From the NCBI RefSeq assembly GCF_006345805.1, contig NC_042998.1:61752001-61816000 (forward strand): a DNA stretch of 64,000 bases, in the 5' to 3' direction. Below the pieces are notes generated by a model, which had not been told where the DNA came from, did no database searches, and saw nothing but the letters and a program-made list of their open reading frames with translations. Of the stretch, positions 1 through 13,400 are shown piece by piece (position 1 is the first letter of the stretch; each line of letters opens with the position of its first letter). The DNA is from Octopus sinensis (lineage: Eukaryota). The translations under genes and the position numbers were made by a program.

Positions 1-263
1 CCAAAAATATTACTAATCCCACCGAACGCAATTTTTCAAAGTAAGACATATATATATATATACATACAGCCGGTTTTCGCTGCCACTAGCGATGGTATTT
101 TTAATTGAACTATCGCTCTCATATTTACTTATATATATATATATATATATTGTTATATTTCGGGATGGTATTTTTGGGGGGGCCAAATAAACACACGCAC
201 TGTATATTGGTTCTTCATTCGTTTATTACTGTTGTTATTTTAACTCATCTCCATTGTCCGGAA

Positions 264-390
<127 letters not shown>

Positions 391-665
391 CGTGTAGGGT
401 GTGAGTACGTGTATGCCACTTGTAAAGGCGAAAATCGGAGCCCTCAATTTAACGCATGGTTAGTGTATCAATTAATCCTATGAAACTAACACACACACAC
501 ATACATACACACACACATATACATATATGCATGTACACACGTGCATACACGCATTCATATGTAGGCATGTAGCTATATGCATTAATCCACGCACACACCC
601 ACACCCACATACATCTATACATACATACATCTATACATACATGCATGCATACATACATACATACA

Positions 666-725
<60 letters not shown>

Positions 726-742
726 ATATATATTATATAATT

Positions 743-802
<60 letters not shown>

Positions 803-823
803 ATTTATTTATTATATAGAAGG

Positions 824-874
824 AGCTTCTACAGGACTAGAACTGTTTCATTCAAGAGAAATCTTCAGGAAGCT
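824..874 (-). ncRNA. Type I hammerhead ribozyme (mirror copy of 2002-2052)
   Basis: Reverse complement reads AGCUUC CUGAAGA U UUC UCUU GAA U GAAA CAG uucuaguc CUG UA GAAGCU. Confidence 0.75.
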
Positions 875-2001
875 AGTTAACAAGAATTGTATTGGCATTT
901 ATACATTTAGGCAGGTTTAACGGGGTGTTGGTGGGGGACTTTTTTGGGGGTAGGCATAGCGCAAAATATCATACTTGGGGGAGTGGTCAAGGAGTCAGTG
1001 TTAAATTAGATTGAAGAATAAATAAAAAAATAAAAAAATAATATAAAATAAAATAAAAAAATAAAAGAACATATATAAAAAAAAACCTATATAAAAAAAA
1101 ACCTATATATAAAAAAAAAAGGGGGAATAGAGTTTTAGGTAATAAGGAGATTCTCACTTATACCTATGCACACATGTATACATACATACACACACATACA
1201 AACATATATACATATACATACACATACATACACACACATATATATACATATTTATACACTTACACATACACATACATATACATATCTACACATACACATA
1301 TATGTACACATACACACACTCACATGCATACACGTATACACACATGTGTATATATACACACACGACCTCACATACATATACGCACAGAAAAATATATATA
1401 CACATACACACACATACTCACACACGCATACACACACGGATACGTGTGTGTATGCGTGTATGTGAGTATGTGTGTGTATGTGTATATATATTTTTCTGTG
1501 CGTATATGTATGTGAGGTCGTGTGTGTATATATACACATGTGTGTATACGTGTATGCATGTGAGTGTGTGTATGTGTACATATATGTGTATGTGTAGATA
1601 TGTATATGTATGTGTAAGTGTATAAATATGTATATATATGTGTGTGTATGTATGTGTGTATGTATATGTATATATGTTTGTATGTGTGTGTATGTATGTA
1701 TACATGTGTGCATAGGTATAAGTGAGAATCTCCTTATTTACCTAAAACTCTATTCCCTCTTTTTTTTTATATATATAGGTTGTTTTGTTTTTTTATATAT
1801 AGGTTTTTTGGGGGTTTTTTTTATATATAGGTTCTTTTATTTTTTTATTTTATTTTATATTATTTTTTTATTTTTTTATTTATTCTTCAATCTAATTTAA
1901 CACTGACTCCTTGACCACTCCCCCAAGTATGATATTTTGCGCTATGCCTACCCCCAAAAAAGTCCCTAAATGTATAAATGCCAATACAATTCTTGTTAAC
2001 T

Positions 2002-2052
2002 AGCTTCCTGAAGATTTCTCTTGAATGAAACAGTTCTAGTCCTGTAGAAGCT
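2002..2052 (+). ncRNA. Type I hammerhead ribozyme
   Basis: Stem I AGCUUC/GAAGCU; core CUGAAGA; stem II UUC/GAA; GAAA; stem III ACAG/CUGU; GUA cleavage triplet (predicted cut after 2046). Confidence 0.75.
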
Positions 2053-2297
2053 CCTTCTATATAATAAATTAATTTTACTCTGCTATGTATTGAGTACCTT
2101 ATTTACTGTGGTTAACCCCGAATCAACCCGGGACCTACATATACATATATATATATATATATATACATATACATAAAGACCTGTAGTTAAACTCTCGCTT
2201 TGATAATGATACGAGTGAGGAGGCTAATGTGGGTCTTGTATGAGCATGTATTTGTTAAATGTTTAACCATTTCCCTCTATTTAACCAAATCACATCA

Positions 2298-2344
2298 TCT
2301 CTTTTGAAGGGATAAACCTAATATCCCAGAAACAGCTGTAAGAC
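2298..2344 (+). ncRNA. Degenerate type I hammerhead
   Basis: Stem II GGGAUA/UAUCCC; GAAA; palindromic ACAGCUGU; GUA; stem I UCU/AGA. The core is mutated to CUUUUGA. Confidence 0.55.
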
Positions 2345-2503
2345 TAACTTTCTCTTTATAAATGTCCTGAAAATTCCACACAGCCTTAGCTTTGAAGTCT
2401 CATTTTATTTAACACACAAACAACATACACACACGCACACACATGCACGCACACACACACACACACATATACATATATATATACATACATATATATACAT
2501 ATA

Positions 2504-2551
<48 letters not shown>

Positions 2552-2576
2552 TATATATATATAATATATATATATA

Positions 2577-2690
2577 TACTAGCAGTATAACCCGGCTTTG
2601 CCCGGGATAAGTTACGATTATTAATCTAATCAAGTTCTTTATTTCAAACCAAACTAATACCGACGTTAAATTTGGGCGAAATCCGTTGAA
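2577..2690 (+). mobile_element. Possible Helentron/HINE-like terminus
   Basis: actagcagtataacccggctttgcccgggat resembles HINE 5' ends (short subterminal inverted repeat after (TA)n). The other end was not found. Confidence 0.3.
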
Positions 2691-2708
2691 ATTGGTTTAT
2701 ATATATAT

Positions 2709-2990
2709 AACACGCATTGAGTCGAAACAGGGGCAGCTGAAGAAGAGGAATGTTCCTTGTATTGTTTGTCTTGTACTCTGTTTTTTCGTTAAAAAAAGTC
2801 CGTTTCCTTGTTTGATTTTATGTTTTCGTTTCTCGTTGTGTTCTACATTTATTTGTGGTGTCCTGTACTCATATATGCATGTATATATACATATAGATGT
2901 AGATATGTACATATATGTATGTATGTATGTATGTATGCATATGTTTTATTTATTAAATTGTTATTATATAAATATATATATATACATTTT
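2709..2990 (+). mobile_element. 5'-truncated copy of the 48.5 kb permuted-HHR element
   Basis: aacacgc...gggcag CUGAAGA a gagg...ttccttg...gtcttgtactctgttttttcgtt aligns with 48578-48800. Confidence 0.7.
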
Positions 2991-3013
2991 ATTTTTTATG
3001 AACGCTGTCACTT

Positions 3014-3058
<45 letters not shown>

Positions 3059-3419
3059 CTCTCTTCCACTTTTCTTTACCTTGCTTTTTCTTTTTGTTAA
3101 ACGCTGTCAAACTCTCTCCCACTCTCGCTTACACATACTTTTTCTTTACTTTTTTTTGTTAGACGTTGTGAAACACTCTCTCTCCATCACACATACATAC
3201 ATCAACACACAGCTTCTTTCTCTCCCTCGCACACTTTCGCTTGGCTATGGCTAGAAGGGACTTAACTCATCTTAGCTCATGTTAGCAACCTTCAAAATCG
3301 GAGAAAAAAATAAGTTGATAAAACCCAGGTAGGATGGTGACGAATGTCCTCCTAAAATTGGAGCGACATACGTGCTAATTTGTGGACGTGCATATATGAC
3401 ATTCACGTACACGCACGCA

Positions 3420-3468
<49 letters not shown>

Positions 3469-3498
3469 CATACCTTTTATAGATATAGATATGTATAT

Positions 3499-3915
3499 AG
3501 GCGCCGGAGTGGCTATGTGGTAAGAAGCTTGCTTCCCAACCACATGATTCTAGGTTCAGTCCCAATACGTGGCACCTTGGCCAAGTGTCTTCTACTATAG
3601 CCTCGGGCCGATCAAGGTCTTGTGAGTGGATTTCTTAAACGGAAACTGAAAGAAGCCCGTCGTATATATATATATATATATATATATCTTTTTTGCTGAA
3701 CCCCTTTTTACATATATATGTATGTATATGTATGTATTTGTGCATCTGTGTTTATCCTCCCCCTACCATCGCTTGACAACTGATGTTGGTGTGATTACGT
3801 CCCCGTAACAGAGTGGTTCGGTAAAAAAAAAGTCCGATGGGGTAAGTACTAAGCTTAGAAAGAATAAGTCGTGGAGTCGAAATGATTGAAATATGTAAAA
3901 GAACAAAAGAATAAA
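3499..3915 (+). mobile_element. tRNA-type SINE, family B
   Basis: Head ggcgc(a)ggagtggct..gtggtaag..ggttcagtccc; multiple homologous copies in the window. Confidence 0.85.
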
Positions 3916-3923
3916 AGAATGTA

Positions 3924-4326
3924 CCGTATATACTCGACTATACAACGCCCTCGCCTATAAGACGCATCCCCAACTTACAGGGTTCAAATCAGGAATTTTA
4001 TCATTGGCCTGACTATAAGTCACAGCGACTCTTTTGATGCTTAGCAATCGAGCCATCATAGTTGTTGTTTGGTAACCGAGCTTTCAGTAAGCTGGAGATG
4101 ACTTACAACAACTGTTATCCCAATAAGTCCATGCATTCTAGAAACTGTTGTTTATAATGTAAAATTTAATCCTTTTCGGTTATTCCAAGTGTCAGAAGTT
4201 CAGAGTGGCTTGTGCCTAGAAAATATCTGAAGATGTTTTTATAGGATGCGCTTATAAGTCGCACCTCCAACTTGAGGTGAAAATTTCAGGGGAAAAAAGT
4301 GCGACTTATAGCCGAGTATATTACGG
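3924..4326. mobile_element. Tc1/pogo-type MITE
   Basis: ~20 bp TIRs ccgtatatactcgactata / tatagccgagtatattacgg, flanked by TA on both sides. Non-coding. Confidence 0.75.
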
Positions 4327-4699
4327 TATATGTAAATGAATTTATATGTTTCTGTGTGTCTGTGTGCGATGTGCACGCGCGCACACACACACACTCACAT
4401 GCACGCGCATGCACACACACACACACACGCAAGCACTCATAGACATAGACGCACACACACATACACTAATTATACCGTGCACTGCGGGATAGAATTTCCA
4501 TCAGCTGTCAACACAAGATCAAAAGCGATTTCGGAACATTCCTTCTGTATCTCCACCCCACTTCTAAAACTGAAGATAATTACTGGTATTAGTAGGTAAT
4601 ATCTAGGCTCCTTCGGCTCATACTAGAGCAATTTTTTTTTTTGTATTTCTGTTTTCTTTCATTAACATAAACGATTTTGTTTTAAACATTTATGTGTGT

Positions 4700-5300
4700 A
4701 AGGCAGCGATCTGGCAGAAACGCTAGCACGCCGGGCGAAATGTTTAGCGATATTTCATCTGTCGCTACGTTCTGAGTTCAAATTCCTCCGAGGTCGACTT
4801 TGCCTGTCATCCTTTCGCGGTCGATAAATTAAGTACCGGTTCTGTACTAGTGTCGATTTAATCAACTGTCTCTCCCACGAAAATTTCAGGCTTTGTACCT
4901 AGAGTAGAAAAGAAATGCTAGCACACCGGGCGAAATGCTTAGCCGTATTTCGTCTACCGTTACGTTCTGAGTTCGAATTCCGCCGAGGTCGACTTTGCCT
5001 TTCATCCTTTCGGGGTCGATTAAATAAGTACCAGTTACGCATTAGGGGTCGATGTAATCGACTTAATCCGTTTGTCTGTCCTTGTTTGTCCCCTCTGTGT
5101 TTAGCCCCTTGTGGGTAGTAAAGAAATAGGTATTTCGTCTATATGTACGTTCTGAGTTCAAATTCTGCCGAGGTTGACTTTGCCTTTCATTCTTTCGCGG
5201 TTGATAAATTAAGTACCAGTTGCGCACTGAGGTCAATCTAATCGACTGGCTTCTTCTCCCAAAATTTCGGGCCTTGAGCCTAGAATAGCATAGAATACTT
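4700..5300 (+). mobile_element. Cluster of three family A SINEs (Deu/Nin-domain-like core)
   Basis: Repeated gttagcacgccgggcgaaatg..gttctgagttc head and gtcgactttgcctttcatcctttcggggtcgataaattaagtaccag core. Confidence 0.9.
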
Positions 5301-5963
5301 TGTGTGTGTGTGTTCGTTTGTGTGTATGTGTGTGTGCGCACGAGTTTGTCTATGTGTGAGCGATGATAGTGTGCTTAACATGCTTTTCACAACCGCGTGG
5401 TTCCAGGTTCAATCCCACTGTATGACACCTTGGGCCAGTGTCTCTTGGGCAGACCAATGCCTTGCGAGGAATGAATTTGTAGGGGTATAACCAAAGCACA
5501 CACCAAGGCACCCATGTACATACACTCACACACACCTAAAAGGATGGCACCCCACAAAACAAAATAAACTGTCTCCCACCATTCCCAACACATACCCGTT
5601 CGCACAAAATATACCCCCACGGACACATTACACACCGCACGCTATCATAACCACTGCCCACGGCTTTATCCTTTACAGAAAGGAAACAGACCAACGAACA
5701 CCTCCGGAAAAAAATTGTACATATGACACCGCTACAGACACCACACACCCCATCCCTACAGGAGCACCACATTAATAATACACACTTTCCCCGCTTCAAG
5801 CTAACTCTTGCCGGCTTCACAGCATACTCGACCAAGGGACATAACACATAAACTAATCCCTTGGTCCCTTTTCATTCCACCACCCTTTTCCACAGCAGCC
5901 GCTGACCAGTTGTGCTAATCCACCTCCGACAATAGAGAGCAGTCGCCATATTCCCTTCCATAT

Positions 5964-6047
5964 CGGCTAACTCTAATGAGCGTAAAGTTACATAATCGGT
6001 TTGTTACCTAACACTCTTTGCGTGAAACCGATTGGTAAGACCAGCCG
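5964..6047 (+). ncRNA. Type I hammerhead (core G5>A, long stem II)
   Basis: CUAAUGA; stem II GCGUAAAG/CUUUGCGU; GAAA; stem III ACCG-AU-UGGU; GUA; stem I CU/AG extended by CGGCU/AGCCG. Follows a CA-rich tract at 5490-5960. Confidence 0.55.
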
Positions 6048-6116
6048 TGATGGATATTTAATACAATACACTTCGGATAATATATGTGTGTGTGTGTGTG
6101 TGTGTGTTGTGTGTGT

Positions 6117-6178
<62 letters not shown>

Positions 6179-6179
6179 A

Positions 6180-6447
6180 AATAATGAGGACAGAAATTGA
6201 TATTAATCAATTAGTATCAATTTAAATCAGTGGCTTAGCATATTTAAAAAATCCGATGGTTAAAAATTATATTACATACAAAATATAAGATGAATGACCA
6301 CTAAAGGGGATTCTTAATATGCTAAAAATAGACGTCAAATCGTTTGCTGAACTTTTCTTGAGAACACACTCTTCGTGGTAAGGCGATTTGACGTCTATTT
6401 TTAGCATATTAGGGATCCGCTTTAGTGGTCATTCCTCTTATATTTTG

Positions 6448-6450
<3 letters not shown>
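6180..6450. mobile_element. PLE-like terminal repeat (minus) with inverted 5' piece
   Basis: ~67 bp inverted arms at 6276-6342 and 6384-6450. The left end (ataatgagg...tatcaattta) resembles 14888-14960 and the end of the 25.3 kb satellite. Confidence 0.55.
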
Positions 6451-6509
<59 letters not shown>

Positions 6510-6667
6510 AATAAATCTCTGAGCGAGGACACCGAGATGGTGTCAGCCCTTCTGGTGACGTTGATGATCGCCTGGGGCTAAATGCATCAGTAACACCCCC
6601 ACTACCCCGCCCTGTCCCTAGCCACATTCAGATGGCTGATCCCCCTTATGATATATATATTATATAT

Positions 6668-6739
<72 letters not shown>

Positions 6740-6776
6740 CACAAACACACACAAATACACACTCACACACGCATGC

Positions 6777-6813
<37 letters not shown>

Positions 6814-6999
6814 TACATCAAAGGTTAGTTGAGTTAGAGGTTAAAATAACCGTCTACCGGTATATTATACTACCGGTATATTACCTATATTTAACCATGG
6901 GCATACATATACAAACATATTATCTTCAGAAGGTATAGGTAAAGACAAGGATAAACATGGGTTTATCAAGAATCAAAACATAAAGAAAATAGAAAATGG

Positions 7000-7717
7000 A
7001 GAACTACTGAAGAATAACAATACCATGCAACATTGGAAACAGAAACAGCTGCTAGATGGGATGCACCATCTAACCCTCTACCGAATTATGCATTAATTTT
7101 TCAATTTCAATTTAATTTTTTTGGCTCAAAAAGCAAAAGCAAGGCCATGTTGGGGGACATGGAGTTATGTACAGGGAGGGTGTTCATACAAAGAGTTCAG
7201 GCCATTTCTGTTCAAGAGAGACTTTGAACCGAGCGGTCGTCGGCATCTTCACTATCTCGTCCGGCAGCTTATTCCACGGATCCGCAACCCGGACGGAGAA
7301 AGCCCCTCTCCTTCGATTGAGATGAAATCGTCGTAGATAGAGCTTTTCGGAATGACCCCGCAGCCCACGCTCTGGAGCAGGAGTGAAGAACAGCTCTTTC
7401 GAGAGGTTACACTTTCCGCATATGATGTTGTGAGCGAGAATGAGATCACCACGGCGTCGTCGTTTCTCGAGAGAATAAAGGTCGAGCGTCTTCAGACTTT
7501 TTTCATAAGACAAATGATTGAGACCAAGAACCATGCGGGTAGCCAGCTTCTGGACTCTTTCGAGATGATGTATGTCTTTCAGGAGATAAGGAGAAGAGGC
7601 TTCAATCCCGTACTCCAATATGGGTCTCACCACCGTGACATTAGAGAACTTCGAGAAAGACATCCTCGAATTTATTGGAAAAATTAAAATTAGAAAACAT
7701 TGCACCATTATGAACAA
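7000..7717 (-). mobile_element. LINE 3' fragment (CR1/L2-like RT C-terminus)
   Basis: ORF 7184-7717 has RPILEY..LERVQ..RRRGDL..LRGHS.KL..FSVRV..WN.LP, the typical post-RT C-terminal motifs. Confidence 0.85.
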
Positions 7718-7719
7718 TC

Positions 7720-10375
7720 GAGAAATTTAAAGCAGTTTATAAACTCGCTTAGAAATGAAGATAGTCTAATTGTACCTGCCGACAAAACCGGCAATTGGTA
7801 TAGATTAGACTAATCACTAATAATGAAGGAGCTACATAAAAAATATAAAGTTACATCAACAAAAAACATAAAGGACATTAACGAAAAAATAAAAGAAGTA
7901 ATGACCGAGCTAGATCTACTAGAAAGGACTGAACCTCTCATCCCTCAGGAACCGCGCATTAACACCATGGACCATAAAAAAGGATTCCCAGAAAACATAG
8001 GAGTAAGGCTAATATGCCCAACCAAGTCAGATATAGGCGGACTTAGTAAGACTATTCTGGACTCAGTAATTCCACAGATTAAGCCTCACATTCCACTCAA
8101 AATATGGGTTAACATTGATGATGTTTTAAGTTGTTTCAACTCTATTACATGTAGGAACAATGACTCATTTATACAATTTGACATATCAAATTACTACGCA
8201 AGTATTTCCCCAATTTTATTGAATAAGTCCCTAATATATGCTCGTAACCTTTCGCTTATAGATAGAGAAAAGATTGACATAATACTCTTAGCTAGGAAGA
8301 CAATAATTGAATTTGAGGGTAAGCTTTGGACTAGGTCGGATACCCCTGATAACCTCGATGTGGCTATGGGCTCGAGCGATTCAGCTCAGGTGACTGACTT
8401 GGTCGGGACCTATCTACTTAAGGTACCAGACCTTCAGGGGGGTCTATACAGAGATGACTCACTATTCATATACCCTACAAATAGTAAAAGTACCTTAGAA
8501 AGAATTAGAAAAGAAATTAGGCATTTTTTAAAATCATTTAACCTGAAACTTGAATTCATGACCAACACTAATAAAGTTAATTTTTTAGATGCTACATTAG
8601 ACAGATAAAGGCATTCACTACCCTTATAGAAAGCCAGAAGAAAACACAAGTTATATTGGCACATCATCTAATCACCCGCCCTGTATAGTTAATACCACAG
8701 TCCAAGCTGTTTCCGATAGACTATCTAAGTTAGTTGGCAGAAACGTTAGCACGCCGGGAGAAATGCGTCGCCGCATTTTGTCTGCCGTTACGTTGTGAGT
8801 TCACATTCTGCCAAGGTCGACTTTGCCTTTCATCCTTTCGGGGTCGATAAATTAAGTACCAGTTACGCACTGGGGTCTATGTAATTGACTTAATCCCTTT
8901 GTCTGTCCCCTTTATGTTTAGCCCCTTGTGGGCAATAAAGAAATATATCTAAGTTATCATCAAACGAAAATATTTTCAGTGATCATGCGCATCATTATAA
9001 TCAAGCCCTCTCTAATGCTGGGTACTCCCAGAAAATCTCCTTTGTTAAAAACGTAATTGTTAAAAACTTAAATGATAAACCATCTAAGGCATCCATCATT
9101 AGTAAGGCCCCGTCATGTAAACAAATTAGAGGTTCTAAAGTTGATTCTTTAAACGGAGGTAAAGTAAATAGATCCAATAAAAGCACAAATACAACCAATA
9201 TAAATACAAATGAGGTTAAGATCAAAAAACAAAAAGAAAGAAATCACACCGATAAAAATTCAGTTAGAGAAAACCTACCGATAGGAGTAACATAAAAGCT
9301 GAATAAAAAAAAGCTAGATTAAGAGCAAATAATAATAATCACTCTAACCTCAATAATCCAAGAACTAATAATGGTAGTAACTAAATTAATAATAATAACG
9401 AAGTTATTATTCCTACACCTGTGGTGTCTGACCACCTGGTTAACAACTTAGTGATAACTGATAATAGTTCCTTAAATAATGATTTTAGTATTGATAACAA
9501 CAGTAGCTATATTAATAATAGTAACAATAATTATGATAATAATAATAATAACAAAAACAGTAATTACTATAGTAATAATCATGTTAGTAATAACATTGTT
9601 GATAATGGTAGTAACAGCACTAATTATAATGATAGCGATAATATTAGGCCCAATAACCCTACCCCAATATCGAATCAAAGTGTAATGGATGAACCCATAA
9701 ACCCAGGCCCAACACGGATTAGTGGAACACCCTATAATACTGCCGCGTTAAATGAAGTTACTACTACTAATAATAGAATAACTCGTTCCACCTCAAACAA
9801 TAATTGCGAAAATAATTATATTAATCACAATACCAATATAATTGATAATAATGGTGATATGGATAATAGATCTTGAATCAGTACTAACGGTAGAAGAAAT
9901 AGAGGTAGGAAAACTTTGAACAGCACCATTAGAAATAATAACAATAATAGTAACGACAGTGTAGGCGTAGTCTATATTTATCCTAGGAGTAGCCAGGATA
10001 ACAACCCTATCAATATTTACCTTCCACATGCAAATAACGGACGGTCTGGAAATTATAATTTCGGGTGTAATTATGTAACAACAACATGTCCTTTACGTGG
10101 AAAATGCCTAGCAAAAGACATAGTCTACTCTTGTGAAATAATTACGGAATCAAATACTCTCACCTACATTGGTGGTTCATCCGCCTGGAAATCCAGGTTC
10201 TATAACCATCGGTCGTCCTTTAGACTCAAACATGAGGCTAATAGCACTTCCTTATCGCGTAGGATATGAGAACTTAAAGACAAAAATATCAACTTTAACC
10301 TTAGATGGTCCATAGTTGGATCGGCAGCGACTTACAAAAATAATAGAATTGGTTGCCAATTATGTTCCTTATATA
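7720..10375 (+). mobile_element. Decayed Penelope-like element (RT + Asn-rich linker + GIY-YIG, Neptune-like)
   Basis: RT motifs FDISNYY, MGSSDSAQVTDLVG, YRDD, NFLD; thumb YRKP..SNHPP; endonuclease CPLRGKC..IVY..YIG..SRFYNH..SF..LS..I.ELK..RWSI..C.LC. Contains stops and a SINE insertion. Confidence 0.9.
8733..8945 (+). mobile_element. Family A SINE inserted in the PLE thumb region
   Basis: 11 bp TSD tatctaagtta at 8722-8732 and 8946-8956. The PLE frame resumes after it. Confidence 0.9.
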
Positions 10376-10443
10376 TCAATATTCATTTCAGCTTATTTTA
10401 TTCTTTGCATTTTCATTTTGCTCTTTACCTCTTTGTAACCTAT

Positions 10444-13400
10444 TATAAAAATAGTAATGATCCTATTCTTATTAATATATTTTACTGACTATCTTTTACA
10501 TGCAGCGGCAATACACATAAGTTTGGAATGACAACACGATTTCTTTTTAAGATATATACATTATTTATTTTACATATTTTACAATCATGTTTGATGTTGG
10601 AAGTTTGTAAGTGTTCGCATGTTTTTGTGTCTGTGTGTTCGTTAGGCGTAAAAAGGTACTGACCAGTGAATTGTCGATGGGATTTGATTCACAGTTAATG
10701 TTGTTGGTATCGGCTTGGCAACAGGTAATAACAGATGGCTTAAGGTAGTTCTTAGAAGAAACTAGAACCCAAGAACAGTGAATTGATTTACCGTTTATGA
10801 GGTACAGCGTCAGACTTCCATATCAAGATATTGCGTGTCGCAGTTGAGATTAATTGAACCACTCGTTGTGTTTATCTTCTCTTGATCTGAATATACTTCC
10901 AGACATGTTTCTGTAGCCGTTTTCTTCGTGGCGAGAATTTCACCTAACCGCTATAGTTGAATCGTAGTTGTCTCGTGTACAATTTAAATCTTCGATGTTT
11001 GTCGATTGGTTCTTGCTGCTTCTTCATCATGATGTTCTGCTTGGTTATTGTTCTCTAGTTATAGATATCTTGTAACCGTTTTCTTCATGGTGATATTTCA
11101 CACTAACAGTATTTAGGTATCTGTACATCTTGTATTAATGGTGGTCGCTTGCCTCGAAACTGGAACTTGGTCGAGTATTCTCTGTGTGGTCAGACTTAGC
11201 TCTTAAAAGAACTAAAAGCCTAAGAAGAGCTCTGTGTGGTCAGAGGTTCGCCCTGAGAAGGACTGGAAACCTAAGACGAATATTTTTTCTGAGAAACCTT
11301 GTTTTATAAGCTTCACCAGGCTCCCAGTGAACTTCAGAAATGGAAGCTGTGATTGGCTGCTTGGACTATGGCGCGAAAATAAGTCGAGACATTTTGCGCC
11401 AAGTTATAACCAGCGGTGCGAGCGTAGTAGAGACCAACGTGTCAGCCAATCGAATTAGTGTTTACAACAATGTTAACTAGCCAAAGCTGTTTGTAATCTC
11501 GACCGAGGTCATTCTTAATACTCTTCTCAAACAGTGGATAGCAATGAGAGACGATATTGCTACATATAGCCTCTTGCCAGACGTTTTGTCTACGACAAAA
11601 CGGCGATAAAATTGACATTATTATATATATCTATTTTTTTGGTTTTCTTAAAAAGTTCATCTTTCAGCGTTCTCTTGTGTCAATTCCGTAACTTATGTCT
11701 ACCGTTGGCCGCGCAGTATATCAGAAGTCCTGCGTATTAAAGGGGTCACCAGTATAAAAATAGGTACTGACCCGATTCTTAATAATATTGTTTACTGTCT
11801 ATATTTTACATGCAGCGGCAATACACATAAGTTTGGAATGACAACACGATTTCTTTTTAAGATATATACATTATTTATTTTACATATTTTACAATCATGT
11901 TTGATGTTGGAAGTTTGTAAGTGTTCGCATGTTTTTGTGTCTGTGTGTTCGTTAGGCGTAAAAAGGTACTGACCAGTGAATTGTCGATGGGATTTGATTC
12001 ACAGTTAATGTTGTTGGTATCGGCTTGGCAACAGGTAATAACAGATGGCTTAAGGTAGTTCTTAGAAGAAACTAGAACCCAAGAACAGTGAATTGATTTA
12101 CCGTTTATGAGGTACAGCGTCAGACTTCCATATCAAGATATTGCGTGTCGCAGTTGAGATTAATTGAACCACTCGTTGTGTTTATCTTTCTCTTGATCTG
12201 AATATACTTCCAGACATGTTTCTGTAGCCGTTTTCTTCTTCGTGGCGAAATTTCACCTAACCGCTATAGTTGAATCTGTAGTTGTCTCGTGTACAATTTA
12301 AATCTTCGATGTTTGTCGATTGGTTCTTGCTGCTTCTTCATCAGATGTTCTGCTTGGTTATTGTTCTCTAGTTATAGATATCTTGTAACCGTTTTCTTCA
12401 TGGTGATATTTCACACTAACAGTATGTTAGGTATCTGTAACATCTTGTATTAATGGTGGTCGCTTGCCTCGAAACTGGAACTTGGTCGAGTATTCTCTGT
12501 GTGGTCAGACTTAGCTCTTAAAAGAACTAAAAGCCTAAGAAGAGCTCTGTGTGGTCAGAGGTTCGCCCTGAGAAGGACTGGAAACCTAAGACGAATATTT
12601 TTTCTGAGAAACCTTGTTTTATAAGCTTCACCAGGCTCCCAGTGAACTTCAGAAATGGAAAGCTGTGATTGGCTGCTTGGACTATGGCGCGAAAATAAGT
12701 CGAGACATTTTGCGCCAAGTTATAACCAGCGGTGCGAGCGTAGTAGAGACCAACGTGTCAGCCAATCGAATTAGTGTTTACAACAATGTTAAACTAGCCC
12801 AAATGTTTGTAATCTCGACCGAGGTCATTCTTAATACTCTTCTCAAACAGTGAAGATAGCAATGAGAGACGATATTGCTACATATAGCCTCTTGCCAGAC
12901 GTTTTGTCTACGACAAAACGGCGATAAAATTGACATTATTATATATATCTATTTTTTTGGTTTTCTTAAAAGTTCATCTTTCAGCGTTCTCTTGTGTCAA
13001 TTCCGTAACTTATGTCTACCGTTGGCCGCGCAGTATATCAGAAGTCCTGCGTATTAAGGGGTCACCAGTATAAAAATAGGTACTGACCCGATTCTTAATA
13101 ATATTGTTTACTGTCTATATTTTACATGCAGCGGCAATACACATAAGTTTGGAATGACAACACACGATTCTTTTTAAGATATATACATTATTTATTTTAC
13201 AATATTTTACAATCATGTTTGATGTTGGAAGTTTGTAAGTGTTCGCATGTTTTTGTGTCTGTGTGTTCGTTAGGCGTAAAAAGGTACTGACTGACCAGTG
13301 AATTGTCGATGGGATTTGATTCACAGTTAATGTTGTTGGTATCGGCTTGGCAACAGGTAATAACAGATGGCTTAAGGTAGTTCTTAGAAGAAACTAGAAC

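Larger units (their letters stand above)
807..2069. repeat. ~1.26 kb near-perfect palindrome of a PLE-type 3' region (low-complexity tract plus terminal repeat)
   Basis: The arms are reverse complements around cacacacg-GATA-cgtgtgtg (~1440). The right arm lacks ~25 nt present at ~913-937. Confidence 0.95.

Noticed and set aside
12215-12350. Possible hammerhead in the 1.3 kb unit (minus: CUGAUGA ... GAAACAUGUC)
   Set aside because: Core and palindromic stem III are present ~110 nt apart, but stem I does not pair (ACAU versus UGGA). Compatible with chance.
12504-12530. Histone-like 3' stem-loop AGTTCT-TTTA-AGAGCT on the minus strand of the 1.3 kb unit
   Set aside because: It deviates from the GGCYCT/AGRGCC consensus and there is no histone ORF upstream.
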